From Calditrichota bacterium (GTDB lineage: Bacteria > Zhuqueibacterota > JdFR-76 > BMS3Abin05), in NCBI GenBank assembly GCA_013151735.1, contig JAADHR010000017.1, positions 30,138 to 94,137 of the forward strand: a stretch of DNA of 64,000 nucleotides, in the 5' to 3' direction. This document shows positions 17,920 to 27,463 of the stretch, piece by piece. The number at the start of each line of letters is the position of its first letter. Position 1 is the first letter of the stretch. The notes beneath the pieces were generated by a model. That model was not told the origin of the DNA. It was given only the letters and a program-made list of their open reading frames with translations, and made no database searches. Position numbers and translations under genes: made by a program.

Positions 17920-19431
17920 ATGAAGAAAAAGGTGGTGTTGGCCATAGATTTGGGGACGACCGGGAATCGGGTAATTGCCTTTTCAAAAGAGGGGGACATT
18001 CTGGCCAAGTCCTATTATGAGTTTCCTCAGATTTTTCCGAAGCCCGGCTGGGTTGAGCACAATCCGATGGACATCTGGATGACCACTCACAAGGCTCTTC
18101 TGGATGTGGTGAGCTTGGTTGGATCAGAAAATATCGAGGCTATTGGCATTACGAATCAACGAGAGACAACCATTTTGTGGGATAGGAAAACCGGCAAGCC
18201 GATTTACAACGCCATTGTGTGGCAGTGCCGGCGGACGGCGTCGATGTGCGACGCCTTGCAGGAGCACGCAGAGTCGATCAAACAAAAAACGGGTTTGTTT
18301 CTGGACCCGTATTTTTCCGCAACCAAAATTAAATGGATTCTGGAAAATGTTCCGGGCGCCCGGGGAAAGGCGGTTTCCGGCGACCTGGCTTTTGGAACGG
18401 TCGACACCTGGATCCTCTGGAATCTGACGGGCGGAAAACAGCACGCCACCGAACCCTCAAATGCCTCCCGAACCCTGTGCTACAACATTCATTCACTTGA
18501 ATTTGATGAAGATTTGCTCCGCATTTTTGATATTCCGGCAGCGATTCTGCCAGAGGTGAAGGAAAGCGGGGCGATTTTTGGCCACACCACAAAAGAACTT
18601 TTGGGGCGAGAGATTCCCGTTGCCGGAATTCTGGGTGACCAGCAGGCGGCGTTTTTTGCCCACGGAGGCTGGCAGGAGGGCATCATTAAAAACACCTACG
18701 GCACGGGGCTTTTTGTGGTGACGTCCACGGGAAGCGACATCCCCAATTCCGGGAAATTGGTGAACACCATTGCCTGGCGAATCAATGGGAAAACAACCTA
18801 CGCGCTGGAGGGGAGTGTTTTCATCGGAGGAGCGGCCATTCAATGGCTGCGGGACGGCCTGGGACTTCTGAAATCAGCAGCGGAGTCCGAACCACTGGCG
18901 ACGTCTGTATCCGACACCGGAGGGGTGTATTTTGTACCGGCCCTGGCGGGATTGGGTGCGCCCTACTGGGATCCATCCGCCCGAGGAACCCTTCTGGGAA
19001 TTACCCGCGGAACGGGACCCGCCCATATTGTGCGGGCAGCATTGGAGGCACTTGCGTATCAGACCCGGGATGTGATTGAGGAAATGCAGCACGTGGTTGG
19101 CGGCCGGCCCTTTAAAAAGCTGGCTGTGGATGGAGGCGCGGCCAAAAATAATTTTCTCATGCAATTTCAGGCAGATATTTTGCCCATGCAGGTGGAACGG
19201 CCGGTCGTGACCGAAACCACAGCTTTTGGTGCGGCAGGCCTGGCGGGAATGACCCTCGGTTTTTGGTCGCAAGAGGAATTTCTGACGGTTCGTAAAATTG
19301 ACCGGACGTTCGATCCGGCCATGGACCGCCAAACCCGGGAAGCCTTTTATCGCAAATGGAAGGAGGCTGTCCGGCGGGCCTTGAATTGGGCCAATGCAGC
19401 GGAGGACCGTGCCTCCGGAAATGAAGGGTGA
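17920..19431 (+). CDS. glpK: Glycerol kinase
   Basis: VLAIDLGTTGNRVIAF, GTGLFVV and the FGGY sugar-kinase architecture. 503 aa. Confidence 0.9.
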   Translation: MKKKVVLAIDLGTTGNRVIAFSKEGDILAKSYYEFPQIFPKPGWVEHNPMDIWMTTHKALLDVVSLVGSENIEAIGITNQRETTILWDRKTGKPIYNAIVWQCRRTASMCDALQEHAESIKQKTGLFLDPYFSATKIKWILENVPGARGKAVSGDLAFGTVDTWILWNLTGGKQHATEPSNASRTLCYNIHSLEFDEDLLRIFDIPAAILPEVKESGAIFGHTTKELLGREIPVAGILGDQQAAFFAHGGWQEGIIKNTYGTGLFVVTSTGSDIPNSGKLVNTIAWRINGKTTYALEGSVFIGGAAIQWLRDGLGLLKSAAESEPLATSVSDTGGVYFVPALAGLGAPYWDPSARGTLLGITRGTGPAHIVRAALEALAYQTRDVIEEMQHVVGGRPFKKLAVDGGAAKNNFLMQFQADILPMQVERPVVTETTAFGAAGLAGMTLGFWSQEEFLTVRKIDRTFDPAMDRQTREAFYRKWKEAVRRALNWANAAEDRASGNEG

Positions 19432-19666
19432 CCCAAATCGATTTTGACAGGATAACAGGCCCTGGCTTGGGGGTTGTATCAAAAGTCCTTTTTTGAGAAT
19501 AAAATGAGTATTTGTTATTGCGAACCAAACGGACTAAAATTGCCCAAAATGTTTTCACTCCGATTTTTTATTGCAACTTTTCCTTAAAATTCTTAAATTG
19601 ACATCCGTTTTATTGGGACAGATCAAACAAATCCATCTGCGTGAGATCAAATCTGAAGGTATTTTT

Positions 19667-20431
19667 ATGAAGCTGCGACTGAAGATTTTTATCGGATTTT
19701 TAATTCTTGCGGTTGTTCTGACCATGGCCGAAATATGGTCCATTTACCAGGTAAACTCCATGCGCCTGTCGGTTCAGGAAACACTGGACGCAAATTACAA
19801 GGGGATTCAGGCGGCCCAACGCATGCTCCTTTCATTGAGAAACGAAAACGAGGCTATTTTGCAGCTCTTGCAGGGGAAATGGAAAGAAGGGCGCCGGCGC
19901 TTAAGCCTGGCCGATTCGGCTTTTCAGATCGATCTGAGGCGGGTTGAGAAACATAACCAGACAGACGCTAAAAGGACGCTTGTAAATTCCATCAAAAAAA
20001 ACTACGGTGATTTTCGGTTGCTCTGGGAAAAACCAATTGTTGGTACAAAAAGAGAAAGAAATTTGGACTGGTACGCCCGTCAGGTGATGCCAAAAGAAAT
20101 AAGGATCGAAGAATCGCTTCATCAAATCATTCGGATCAGCAACCGGGACATGTACAAAACGGGTATAAACTTAAAGAACAATGTTCATCATATCATTATG
20201 CCGGGTGTGGTGGCCATGCTGGCTGCCATCATCTATTTGGTTCTCTTCAATTTTTTTATTGATCATTATCTGCTTTCTCCCATTGTCAAAATTACGAAGG
20301 GGTTAAAAAATCTCCTGGATCAAAGACGACCCTTTGAGGTTGAAATTGAAACGGATGATGAGGTGGCGGAACTGGCATCGACCATTACGACTCTGGTCTC
20401 AAAAATGAACTACGGCGAGATTGAAGAATGA
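19667..20431 (+). CDS. Membrane sensor: TM, periplasmic four-helix-bundle-like domain, TM, HAMP domain, no output domain
   Basis: Start at internal ATG with a GAAGG RBS. Two TM segments flank a ~165-aa helical domain. The C-terminal ~50 aa (PIVKITKGLKNLLDQRRPFEVEIETDDEVAELASTITTLVSKM) has the HAMP heptad pattern. The stop overlaps the trkH start (ATGA). Confidence 0.55.
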   Translation: MKLRLKIFIGFLILAVVLTMAEIWSIYQVNSMRLSVQETLDANYKGIQAAQRMLLSLRNENEAILQLLQGKWKEGRRRLSLADSAFQIDLRRVEKHNQTDAKRTLVNSIKKNYGDFRLLWEKPIVGTKRERNLDWYARQVMPKEIRIEESLHQIIRISNRDMYKTGINLKNNVHHIIMPGVVAMLAAIIYLVLFNFFIDHYLLSPIVKITKGLKNLLDQRRPFEVEIETDDEVAELASTITTLVSKMNYGEIEE

Positions 20432-21873
20432 GACTTCACGTCATCTTTCGCTACAACGGGTATGTCCTTCTGTTAAATGCGGCTTTTTTATTTATTTCTG
20501 CGGGAATTTCGGCCGCAAACGGCGATGCTGCTCTGATCCCGTTAACCTACAGCGCCCTGTTGGTACTCCTTTTCGGCTTGTTCCCGCTTCTGTTTGTTCC
20601 CCCCATTAAGGACATCTCCAATAATGAGGGACTGGCGATTGTGGTGTCCGGCTGGCTGCTCTCATGTCTGGTAGGAACCATCCCCTACATTATTTGGGGA
20701 GGGGAATTCAGTTTCATTAACGCCTGGTTTGAAAGCGTTTCGGGCTACACGACGACGGGTTCCTCTATTTTGAATAATATCGAGGCCCTTCCTTTGGGGC
20801 TCTTGTTTTGGCGAAATGCCACCCACTGGATCGGTGGAATGGGAATTATTGTGTTTGTACTTTCCGTGTTGCCGTCAATGGGAGCCGCCAGTCGAATACT
20901 GTACCGCTCGGAAATGTCACCGGTGGCCATGGAGAATTTTCAGTATCGTACCAAACAAGCACTGAGAATTCTCTTGAGTGTTTACGTAGGGCTAACCGTT
21001 CTGGAAACGATCTTCCTCCTCCTGTTTGGGATGAATCTCTTCGATGCCGTAACGCACGCTTTTGCTACCATCGCAACCGGTGGATTTTCTCCCAAAAATA
21101 CCAGTATCGCTTTTTATCACAGTGTTTCCATTGAGCTGACGATTATTGTTTTTATGGTTCTTTCGGGAACCCACTTTGGATTGCTTTACATGGCCTTTTC
21201 GGCTCATCCCAAACCCCTGTGGAAATCGCCTGTTGTTCGGTACTACATAAGTGCCCTTGGCGTGGGTGTTCTGCTTTCCGCCATAAATATTCACGGATCG
21301 CATTTTCAGTCCTGGTGGCAGTCTCTGCGATATGCCGCCTTCCAAATCGTGTCAATTGGAACCTCCACAGGATTTGCAACTACCAACACGGCTATCTGGC
21401 CGCCTCTTTCCCAGTTGCTGCTGCTTTTTTTCATGATGCAATGTGCCTGTGCCGGATCCACATCCGGTGGAATCAAGGTAGATCGGATCGTGATTTTCAG
21501 TAAGGCATTTGTTCGAAGAATCAGGCAATTCCAGCATCCCAAAGCCATTCTCCCCATTCGAATGGGGGAGAAAAAAATCGGGGACGATGCCGTCGCCATG
21601 AGTGTTCTTTATATCGCGGTTTATCTGGGCATTCTCTTTGTGGCTACTTTGATTTTAACCGCCCTCGGAATGGATATTATTTCCGCATTCTCAGCATCGG
21701 CAACCACAATGGGAGGCGTCGGGCCGGGCCTGGGAACGGTGGGGTCAACATCCAATTTCGCCGCTTTGCCTGCTCTTGGAAAATTAACCCTCACATTAAC
21801 GATGTTATTGGGGCGTTTGGAGATTTTTGGTTTGATTATTTTCTTTATTCCGAAAACCTGGCGCCACGCGTGA
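20428..21873 (+). CDS. trkH: TrkH/KtrB family potassium uptake protein
   Basis: 481 aa polytopic protein with repeated M1-P-M2 units and selectivity-filter-like Gly motifs (SGYTTTGSS, ATGGFSP, TSTGFATT, SGGIKV). Confidence 0.85.
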   Translation: MRLHVIFRYNGYVLLLNAAFLFISAGISAANGDAALIPLTYSALLVLLFGLFPLLFVPPIKDISNNEGLAIVVSGWLLSCLVGTIPYIIWGGEFSFINAWFESVSGYTTTGSSILNNIEALPLGLLFWRNATHWIGGMGIIVFVLSVLPSMGAASRILYRSEMSPVAMENFQYRTKQALRILLSVYVGLTVLETIFLLLFGMNLFDAVTHAFATIATGGFSPKNTSIAFYHSVSIELTIIVFMVLSGTHFGLLYMAFSAHPKPLWKSPVVRYYISALGVGVLLSAINIHGSHFQSWWQSLRYAAFQIVSIGTSTGFATTNTAIWPPLSQLLLLFFMMQCACAGSTSGGIKVDRIVIFSKAFVRRIRQFQHPKAILPIRMGEKKIGDDAVAMSVLYIAVYLGILFVATLILTALGMDIISAFSASATTMGGVGPGLGTVGSTSNFAALPALGKLTLTLTMLLGRLEIFGLIIFFIPKTWRHA

Positions 21874-21955
21874 GAATTCGGTTCCTCCCGCAGCCCGATT
21901 AAGGAATTGCGGGGGGAATGGCTTTGCAGCAAACAGGTGTGTTCGGGAGGTAAAA

Positions 21956-22501
21956 ATGAATGCTTTTAGCGATCGCATGTGGCTCAGCCTGGAACGAACG
22001 GCCCGGTATGTGTTTTGGGCAATTGTGCTGCTGTTACTGTGGCAAATTCTTTCTGCCTATTCCCATTTGCCGGACAAAGTGGTCTCTCATTTTGACATCA
22101 CCGGAAAACCCAATGGGTGGATGAGTAAACAGGCCTTCCTTCGGCTTGATGTCTTTCTCGTGGGATTTCTGGCGCTTCTTTTTTATTTTTCCGGATTTAT
22201 TATGAACAAAATTCCAAACACGTTCATCAATCTGCCCAACAAGGCATATTGGCTGGCTCCTGAGAGGCGGGATAAAAGTCTGCGGGTCATCAACAGCTTT
22301 CTTTTGTGGTTTGGAAACGCCACCCTGATTTTTATCTTTGTCCTGCTGCAGGATGTGATTGACTACAATTTGAATCCTCAAAACTATTCTGCAGGCATGA
22401 ACGCCTGGACGCCGGCCCTTCTCTACCTCCTCTTCATTTTTCTCTGGACGGCGGGTTTATTTTTGAGATTTCGACGTCCCCAAAACAAAAAAGGTCTGTA
22501 G
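21956..22501 (+). CDS. DUF1648 (SdpI-like N-terminal domain) membrane protein
   Basis: PDKVVSHFDITGKPNGWMSKQAF matches the DUF1648 signature. Four predicted TM helices. Confidence 0.5.
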   Translation: MNAFSDRMWLSLERTARYVFWAIVLLLLWQILSAYSHLPDKVVSHFDITGKPNGWMSKQAFLRLDVFLVGFLALLFYFSGFIMNKIPNTFINLPNKAYWLAPERRDKSLRVINSFLLWFGNATLIFIFVLLQDVIDYNLNPQNYSAGMNAWTPALLYLLFIFLWTAGLFLRFRRPQNKKGL

Positions 22502-22610
22502 GAAATTCAGGATGGTATTGCTGTGCAGTTTAAACGTGGGTCTTAAAACACAATGTTCAGGTTCTGTGGAACGTGCCGGGGGCGTATGAACCGAAAATCG
22601 GGAGGAAAAG

Positions 22611-23393
22611 ATGAGTGAAACTATTCGTGTAATGCGCAAGGATGAAATCTGCTGGCTCACCCTGAACCGCCCGGAAGTAAAGAATGCGGTGGATGCCCAG
22701 ACTATGATTCGGCTGCGTGAAGAAATTGAAGCCTCCGAAAAAGACGGGTCCCGCGTGATTGTAATCTCTGGTAGTGAGGGGGCCTTTTCCAGCGGCGCCG
22801 ATATTAAGGCCGCATTCGCTGCAAACGTATCCCCGGAAGATGCCTACCGGATTATGATGGACGCCTACTCCCCCGCGCTTCTGGCGATTAAAAACAGCCC
22901 GCTGCCCGTTCTTGCGGCAATTGACGGCATTGCCGCCGGAATTGGGCTGAATTTGGCACTGATGTGCGATTTACGTGTGGCCTCGGAACGGGCACAATTT
23001 TCCGAAATATTCATTCACGTGGGGCTCATTCCGGATGGTGGCGGGACCTACACCCTGCCGCGGATTGTGGGGCTGGGCCGCGCAATGGAATTGGCCATGC
23101 TCGGCGAAACCCTGAATGCTGCCAGAGCGCTTGAAATGGGGCTTATCAACCGGATTTATCCCAATGCCCAGTTCCAAGAATCCGTGGAAGAATTGGCCAG
23201 ACAGCTAACCCGACAGGCCCCTCTGGCGCTCGCCCGGATGAAACGTGCCTTTTGGTCGGGATGGGAGGGTTCCTTTGAAGATGCCCTTGTGCGGGAGGCA
23301 GAGCTGCAGCGGGAGATTTTTTTGAGCGAAGACGGTTTTGAGGGATTCCGGGCCTTTCTGGAAAAGCGCCCGCCCAAATGGAAAACCCGGTAG
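22611..23393 (+). CDS. Enoyl-CoA hydratase/isomerase family protein
   Basis: Crotonase fold motifs (ICWLTLNRPEVKNAVD; GIAAGIGLNLALMCDLRVA). Confidence 0.85.
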   Translation: MSETIRVMRKDEICWLTLNRPEVKNAVDAQTMIRLREEIEASEKDGSRVIVISGSEGAFSSGADIKAAFAANVSPEDAYRIMMDAYSPALLAIKNSPLPVLAAIDGIAAGIGLNLALMCDLRVASERAQFSEIFIHVGLIPDGGGTYTLPRIVGLGRAMELAMLGETLNAARALEMGLINRIYPNAQFQESVEELARQLTRQAPLALARMKRAFWSGWEGSFEDALVREAELQREIFLSEDGFEGFRAFLEKRPPKWKTR

Positions 23394-23491
23394 GCGGGAA
23401 GAATTGGTAAATTATTAAAGCGATTCCCAATTTGCCGGAGGGTCTTTCTGTTGTTGTGGAAAAATAAGGTTTCATAGAAAGGGAGGATACC

Positions 23492-24340
23492 ATGTTTACA
23501 AAAGACACGTTGAAAGGAAAATCCATTCTGATTACCGGTGGCGGCAGCGGCCTGGGATTGTCGATGGCCAGGCGATTTGCAGAGCTGGGCGCGAATGTGG
23601 CCATTTGCGGACGCACCGAACAGAAGCTGCTGGATGCGGCCGTAGAACTGAAGAAATTTGGGACAAAAATTCTCACGCACGTGGTGGATGTTCGGGATTA
23701 CAAGGCCGTGGGTGAGATGGTTGAGCGGCTGGTGGGCGAATTTGGCGTTCTCAACGGTTTGGTAAACAATGCTGCGGGCAATTTTTACGCGCCTTCGGAA
23801 GACCTCTCGCCTCAGGGGTTTAAAGCTGTGGTGGATATTGTACTGCACGGAACGTTCAATTGCAGCCAGCATTTTGGCCGTCATTTAATCGGTGCCAAAG
23901 AAAAGGGGACCATTTTGAACATCGTCACAACCTACACGCAGTTTGGTTCGGCCTTTGTCCTGCCTTCAGCCGCAGCAAAAGCAGGTGTGGAAGCCATGAC
24001 CAAAACCCTGGCTTTTGAATGGGCCACGTACGGTATTCGTGTAAATGCGATTGCCCCCGGGCCGTTTCCCACCAAAGGGGCCTGGGCGCGCCTTATGCCC
24101 GATCCGAAATTGGAAGAAATTTATCTGAAGCGAATCCCAACGGGCCGGTACGGTGAGCATATTGAACTGGCCAATTTGGCTGTTTTTTTGATGTCCGATT
24201 TGGCGCCGTATCTTACCGGTGAAACGGTAACTATTGACGGAGGGGAACATTTGCAGGCGGGACAGTTTAATTTTCTGGCACAACTGATGCCAAGAGACGA
24301 GTTGAAGAAGATGTTTGCCGCCTTGCGAAAGAAGCGCTAA
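23492..24340 (+). CDS. Short-chain dehydrogenase/reductase, 2,4-dienoyl-CoA-reductase-like
   Basis: ITGGGSGLG Rossmann motif. Adjacent to the enoyl-CoA hydratase gene. Confidence 0.8.
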   Translation: MFTKDTLKGKSILITGGGSGLGLSMARRFAELGANVAICGRTEQKLLDAAVELKKFGTKILTHVVDVRDYKAVGEMVERLVGEFGVLNGLVNNAAGNFYAPSEDLSPQGFKAVVDIVLHGTFNCSQHFGRHLIGAKEKGTILNIVTTYTQFGSAFVLPSAAAKAGVEAMTKTLAFEWATYGIRVNAIAPGPFPTKGAWARLMPDPKLEEIYLKRIPTGRYGEHIELANLAVFLMSDLAPYLTGETVTIDGGEHLQAGQFNFLAQLMPRDELKKMFAALRKKR

Positions 24341-25251
24341 CGGATATTGATCAGCCAGCGGATGAGTCCGAAGAGGATGAGAAACGCTCCCTCCCAGCGG
24401 GAAAGCTTCCAGCGGGTGCGCATAAAGAATAAGAGCAGAACGATCATCCCAAGCATCAGATAGAGGTTGAAGGTGATCTCCTGATCGGCCCGCATGGGGC
24501 GCAGAAAAGCCGCCAGGCCCAGAACGCCGGAGATGTTGAAGATGTCGCTTCCGATCAAATTCCCGATGGACAGGCCGGGTTTTCGCTTGTAGGTGGCCAC
24601 AATGGATGTGGCCAGCTCCGGGGTAGAGGTGCCGGCTGCGACAATGGTCACGCCAATGAGCCATTCCGAAACACCGAAATGCCGGGCGATGGATGTGGCG
24701 CCTTCCACCAGAAGGTGTGCTCCTCCCAAAATGAATGCAAGGCCGATGATCAGCATGGGGTAAGCCTTCCACCCCAGGTGTTTCATTGGGACCTCTTCAA
24801 TGATTTCTTCTTTTGAAAAATAGAGGTAAAGCAAATATGCGATAAAAAGTACAAGAAAAATCCCTCCGTCCAGGCGGGAAAATCGCCCGTTTAACGAGAA
24901 AACCAGCAACAAAACGGAAAGCAGGAGAAGAAAAGAGCCGTCGCGCCAGAGCACCTTTTTTTCAAGAAAAATGGGACGAAACAGAACCACGCCCCCCAAA
25001 ATAAAGCCCAGATTAAAAATATCGGAACCCACCACATTGGCCACGGAAATAGCGGCGTGTCCCTTTAAAGCCGCTCCAATGGTAACCGCAAATTCCGGGG
25101 CAGAGGTACCAAATGCCACAACCGTTAATCCAATGACCAGTTCGGAGATGTTGAGTTTTTTGGCGATGTAAGAGGCACTTTCGACGAGCCAATCGGCACC
25201 CATCCAGAGCAGGAAAACGGAAATCAAAAGCAGTAGCACATTTAACAGCAT
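24337..25251 (-). CDS. Ca2+/Na+ antiporter (CaCA/YrbG family)
   Basis: Two internally repeated alpha-repeat regions (GTSAPE...; GTSTPELATS). 304 aa, about ten TM helices. Its stop converges on and overlaps the dehydrogenase gene stop. Confidence 0.85.
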   Translation of the reverse strand: MLLNVLLLLISVFLLWMGADWLVESASYIAKKLNISELVIGLTVVAFGTSAPEFAVTIGAALKGHAAISVANVVGSDIFNLGFILGGVVLFRPIFLEKKVLWRDGSFLLLLSVLLLVFSLNGRFSRLDGGIFLVLFIAYLLYLYFSKEEIIEEVPMKHLGWKAYPMLIIGLAFILGGAHLLVEGATSIARHFGVSEWLIGVTIVAAGTSTPELATSIVATYKRKPGLSIGNLIGSDIFNISGVLGLAAFLRPMRADQEITFNLYLMLGMIVLLLFFMRTRWKLSRWEGAFLILFGLIRWLINIR

Positions 25252-25318
25252 GAAACGAATAAATCCTTACATAAGAGTTTATTGCGCCTGTTCATAAATG
25301 TCGCGACAGATTATTTTT

Positions 25319-26230
25319 TCAACCACCGATCCGCTTTCGTTTCACCAGATAATCAAACAAGGCCTTGTCGAAGGGTTCAGACGTGTCGATAAGCACGTAG
25401 TCAATTCTGTTCTCCAGACAGTGGCGCTTGTATGTTTCAATGAAATTCTGCATCTGTTCGCGGTAGTCCTTTCGGATGTGCCAGGCCTGGGTCGAGATTT
25501 CTTCCCCTGTCTCCAGGTCTTTAAAAATGGTTTCACCCTTAAAGGTGAACGTTCGCTCCATGGGATCCAGAATGTGGAAAACAATGACCTCATGTTTTTT
25601 ATGGCGAAAATGTTTCAGCCCCGAGAGCACACGATGAGGATCGTCGAACAGATCGGACAGCACGATAATGAGCCCCCGGCGCTTGATTCGCTCGGCCAGT
25701 TCGTGAAAGGTTTCGCTCACATCTGTCTCGTGGCCGCTTCGGATTTTGTCCAGCTCACCCAAAATAACGTGCAGGTAGTTGGACACGGCCCGAGGAGGAA
25801 TGTACTTTCGGATTTTTTGATCGAAGGTTACCAGCCCGACGGAATCCTGCTGCCGGAGCATCAGATACGTGAGCGAGGCGGCCAGATAGCTGGCGTATGT
25901 CAGTTTCGAAATACGTCCCGATTTGTATCCCATCGAGGCGGAGGCATCCAGAAGGATGTACGATTTTAGGTTGGTTTCTTCCTCAAACTGCTTCACGTAA
26001 AATCGGTTGGTTTTTCCGTAAACCTTCCAGTCAATGCGTTTGGGCTCGTCGCCCGGCATGTACTGGCGGTGCTCGGAAAATTCCACACTGAAACCGTGGT
26101 AGGGACTTCGGTGAAGGCCAATAATAAATCCCTCCACCACCAAACGTGCCCGAAGATTCATATTTGACAATCTGGAAACAACATCCGGGTGAAGAAATTT
26201 GCGATAGGTTTTTCGTTTGTCTGCCGTCAT
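25319..26230 (-). CDS. DUF58 domain protein (MoxR-associated, VWA-like)
   Basis: Typical DUF58 size (303 aa) and position immediately downstream of a MoxR ATPase. Confidence 0.8.
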   Translation of the reverse strand: MTADKRKTYRKFLHPDVVSRLSNMNLRARLVVEGFIIGLHRSPYHGFSVEFSEHRQYMPGDEPKRIDWKVYGKTNRFYVKQFEEETNLKSYILLDASASMGYKSGRISKLTYASYLAASLTYLMLRQQDSVGLVTFDQKIRKYIPPRAVSNYLHVILGELDKIRSGHETDVSETFHELAERIKRRGLIIVLSDLFDDPHRVLSGLKHFRHKKHEVIVFHILDPMERTFTFKGETIFKDLETGEEISTQAWHIRKDYREQMQNFIETYKRHCLENRIDYVLIDTSEPFDKALFDYLVKRKRIGG

Positions 26231-26250
26231 GAGTTTGTTTTTTGGAATCC

Positions 26251-27249
26251 CTACACTTTTTCCAGCAATTTTTGAATAATGGTCACGGGAGAAACGCCAT
26301 CGGCTTCGGCGTTAAAATTAGTGACGAGCCGGTGCCGAAGCACGGGAACAGCCACTGCCTTAACGTCCTCGATTTCCGGTGTGGGGCGTCCCTCCAGAAT
26401 GCACCGCGTCTTTGCTCCCAGAATTAGATACTGAGACGCGCGCGGCCCCGCTCCCCATTCAATCCAGTCTTTTACAAATTTCGGGGCATCGTCCTGATTG
26501 GGCCGGGTCAATCGAACCAGTTTTACCGCAAACTGAACCACATTTGTGGCCACCGGTACCCGTCTTACGAGGTTTTGAAAATCAATGATTTCCTCCGCAC
26601 TCATCACTTTTTTGGGTTTCTCAAAGTAAGCAGAGGTTGTGTATTTGATGATTTGAACCTCCTCGTCTTCCGAAGGATAATCCACCCAGAGATTAAACAT
26701 AAAACGATCCAATTGGGCTTCCGGCAGTGGGTAGGTTCCTTCCTGTTCGATGGGGTTCTGTGTGGCCAAGACGAAAAAGGGCTCGGAAAGTTTGTACGTC
26801 TCTCCGGCGGCGGTAACTTCGTGTTCCTGCATGGCCTGCAAAAGGGCCGCCTGCGTTTTGGGCGGCGTTCGGTTAATTTCGTCGGCAAGCACAATGTTGG
26901 CAAACACGGGTCCCTTAACAAACTTGAAGACCTTTTTGCCCGTGGAAATATCATCCTCAATCACTTCTGTCCCCGTGATGTCCGAAGGCATGAGATCAGG
27001 AGTAAACTGAATGCGGTTAAATTTGAGGTCAAGCGCCTCGGCCAGCGTGCTGATGAGCAGTGTTTTAGCCAGACCCGGTACCCCCACAAGCAGGGAATGA
27101 CCCCTGGAAAGCAGGGCTATCAAAATTTCGTTGATGACCTGATTCTGCCCGATGATGACCTTGGCAATTTCCTGCAAAATGTCCTGATAAGCGGATTTCA
27201 GTTTTTCTAATTTTTCAATATCACTTAATTCTTTGACTTTAACGGCCAT
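26251..27249 (-). CDS. MoxR family AAA+ ATPase
   Basis: Walker A (GVPGLAKT), Walker B (LADEINR) and the MoxR C-terminal region. Start placed at MAVKVKEL, which has a GGAGG RBS; the long ORF's earlier Met is unlikely. Confidence 0.85.
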   Translation of the reverse strand: MAVKVKELSDIEKLEKLKSAYQDILQEIAKVIIGQNQVINEILIALLSRGHSLLVGVPGLAKTLLISTLAEALDLKFNRIQFTPDLMPSDITGTEVIEDDISTGKKVFKFVKGPVFANIVLADEINRTPPKTQAALLQAMQEHEVTAAGETYKLSEPFFVLATQNPIEQEGTYPLPEAQLDRFMFNLWVDYPSEDEEVQIIKYTTSAYFEKPKKVMSAEEIIDFQNLVRRVPVATNVVQFAVKLVRLTRPNQDDAPKFVKDWIEWGAGPRASQYLILGAKTRCILEGRPTPEIEDVKAVAVPVLRHRLVTNFNAEADGVSPVTIIQKLLEKV

Positions 27250-27463
27250 AAATCCTCCAAAGCTGAAAAAAAGAGTCTCGTTTTTACAGAGACCTGTTTT
27301 ATGAAAACGAGATATTTTAATCAGATCAATCAGGCGCGGAGATGCGTCTGACGCCTTAATCGTGGCTAAAAAGTACAATATTTTTTTCAGAAAATCAATT
27401 CTTTTTCCTTGCATTACGGAAGCGAAATCCCTAAATTAAAAAATAAATTTGGAATGAACGGGA

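Noticed and set aside
24337-24340. Convergent 4-bp overlap between the dehydrogenase gene stop (TAA) and the antiporter gene stop (TAG on the minus strand)
   Set aside because: End-to-end overlaps of convergent genes are common. No evidence of a functional antisense interaction.
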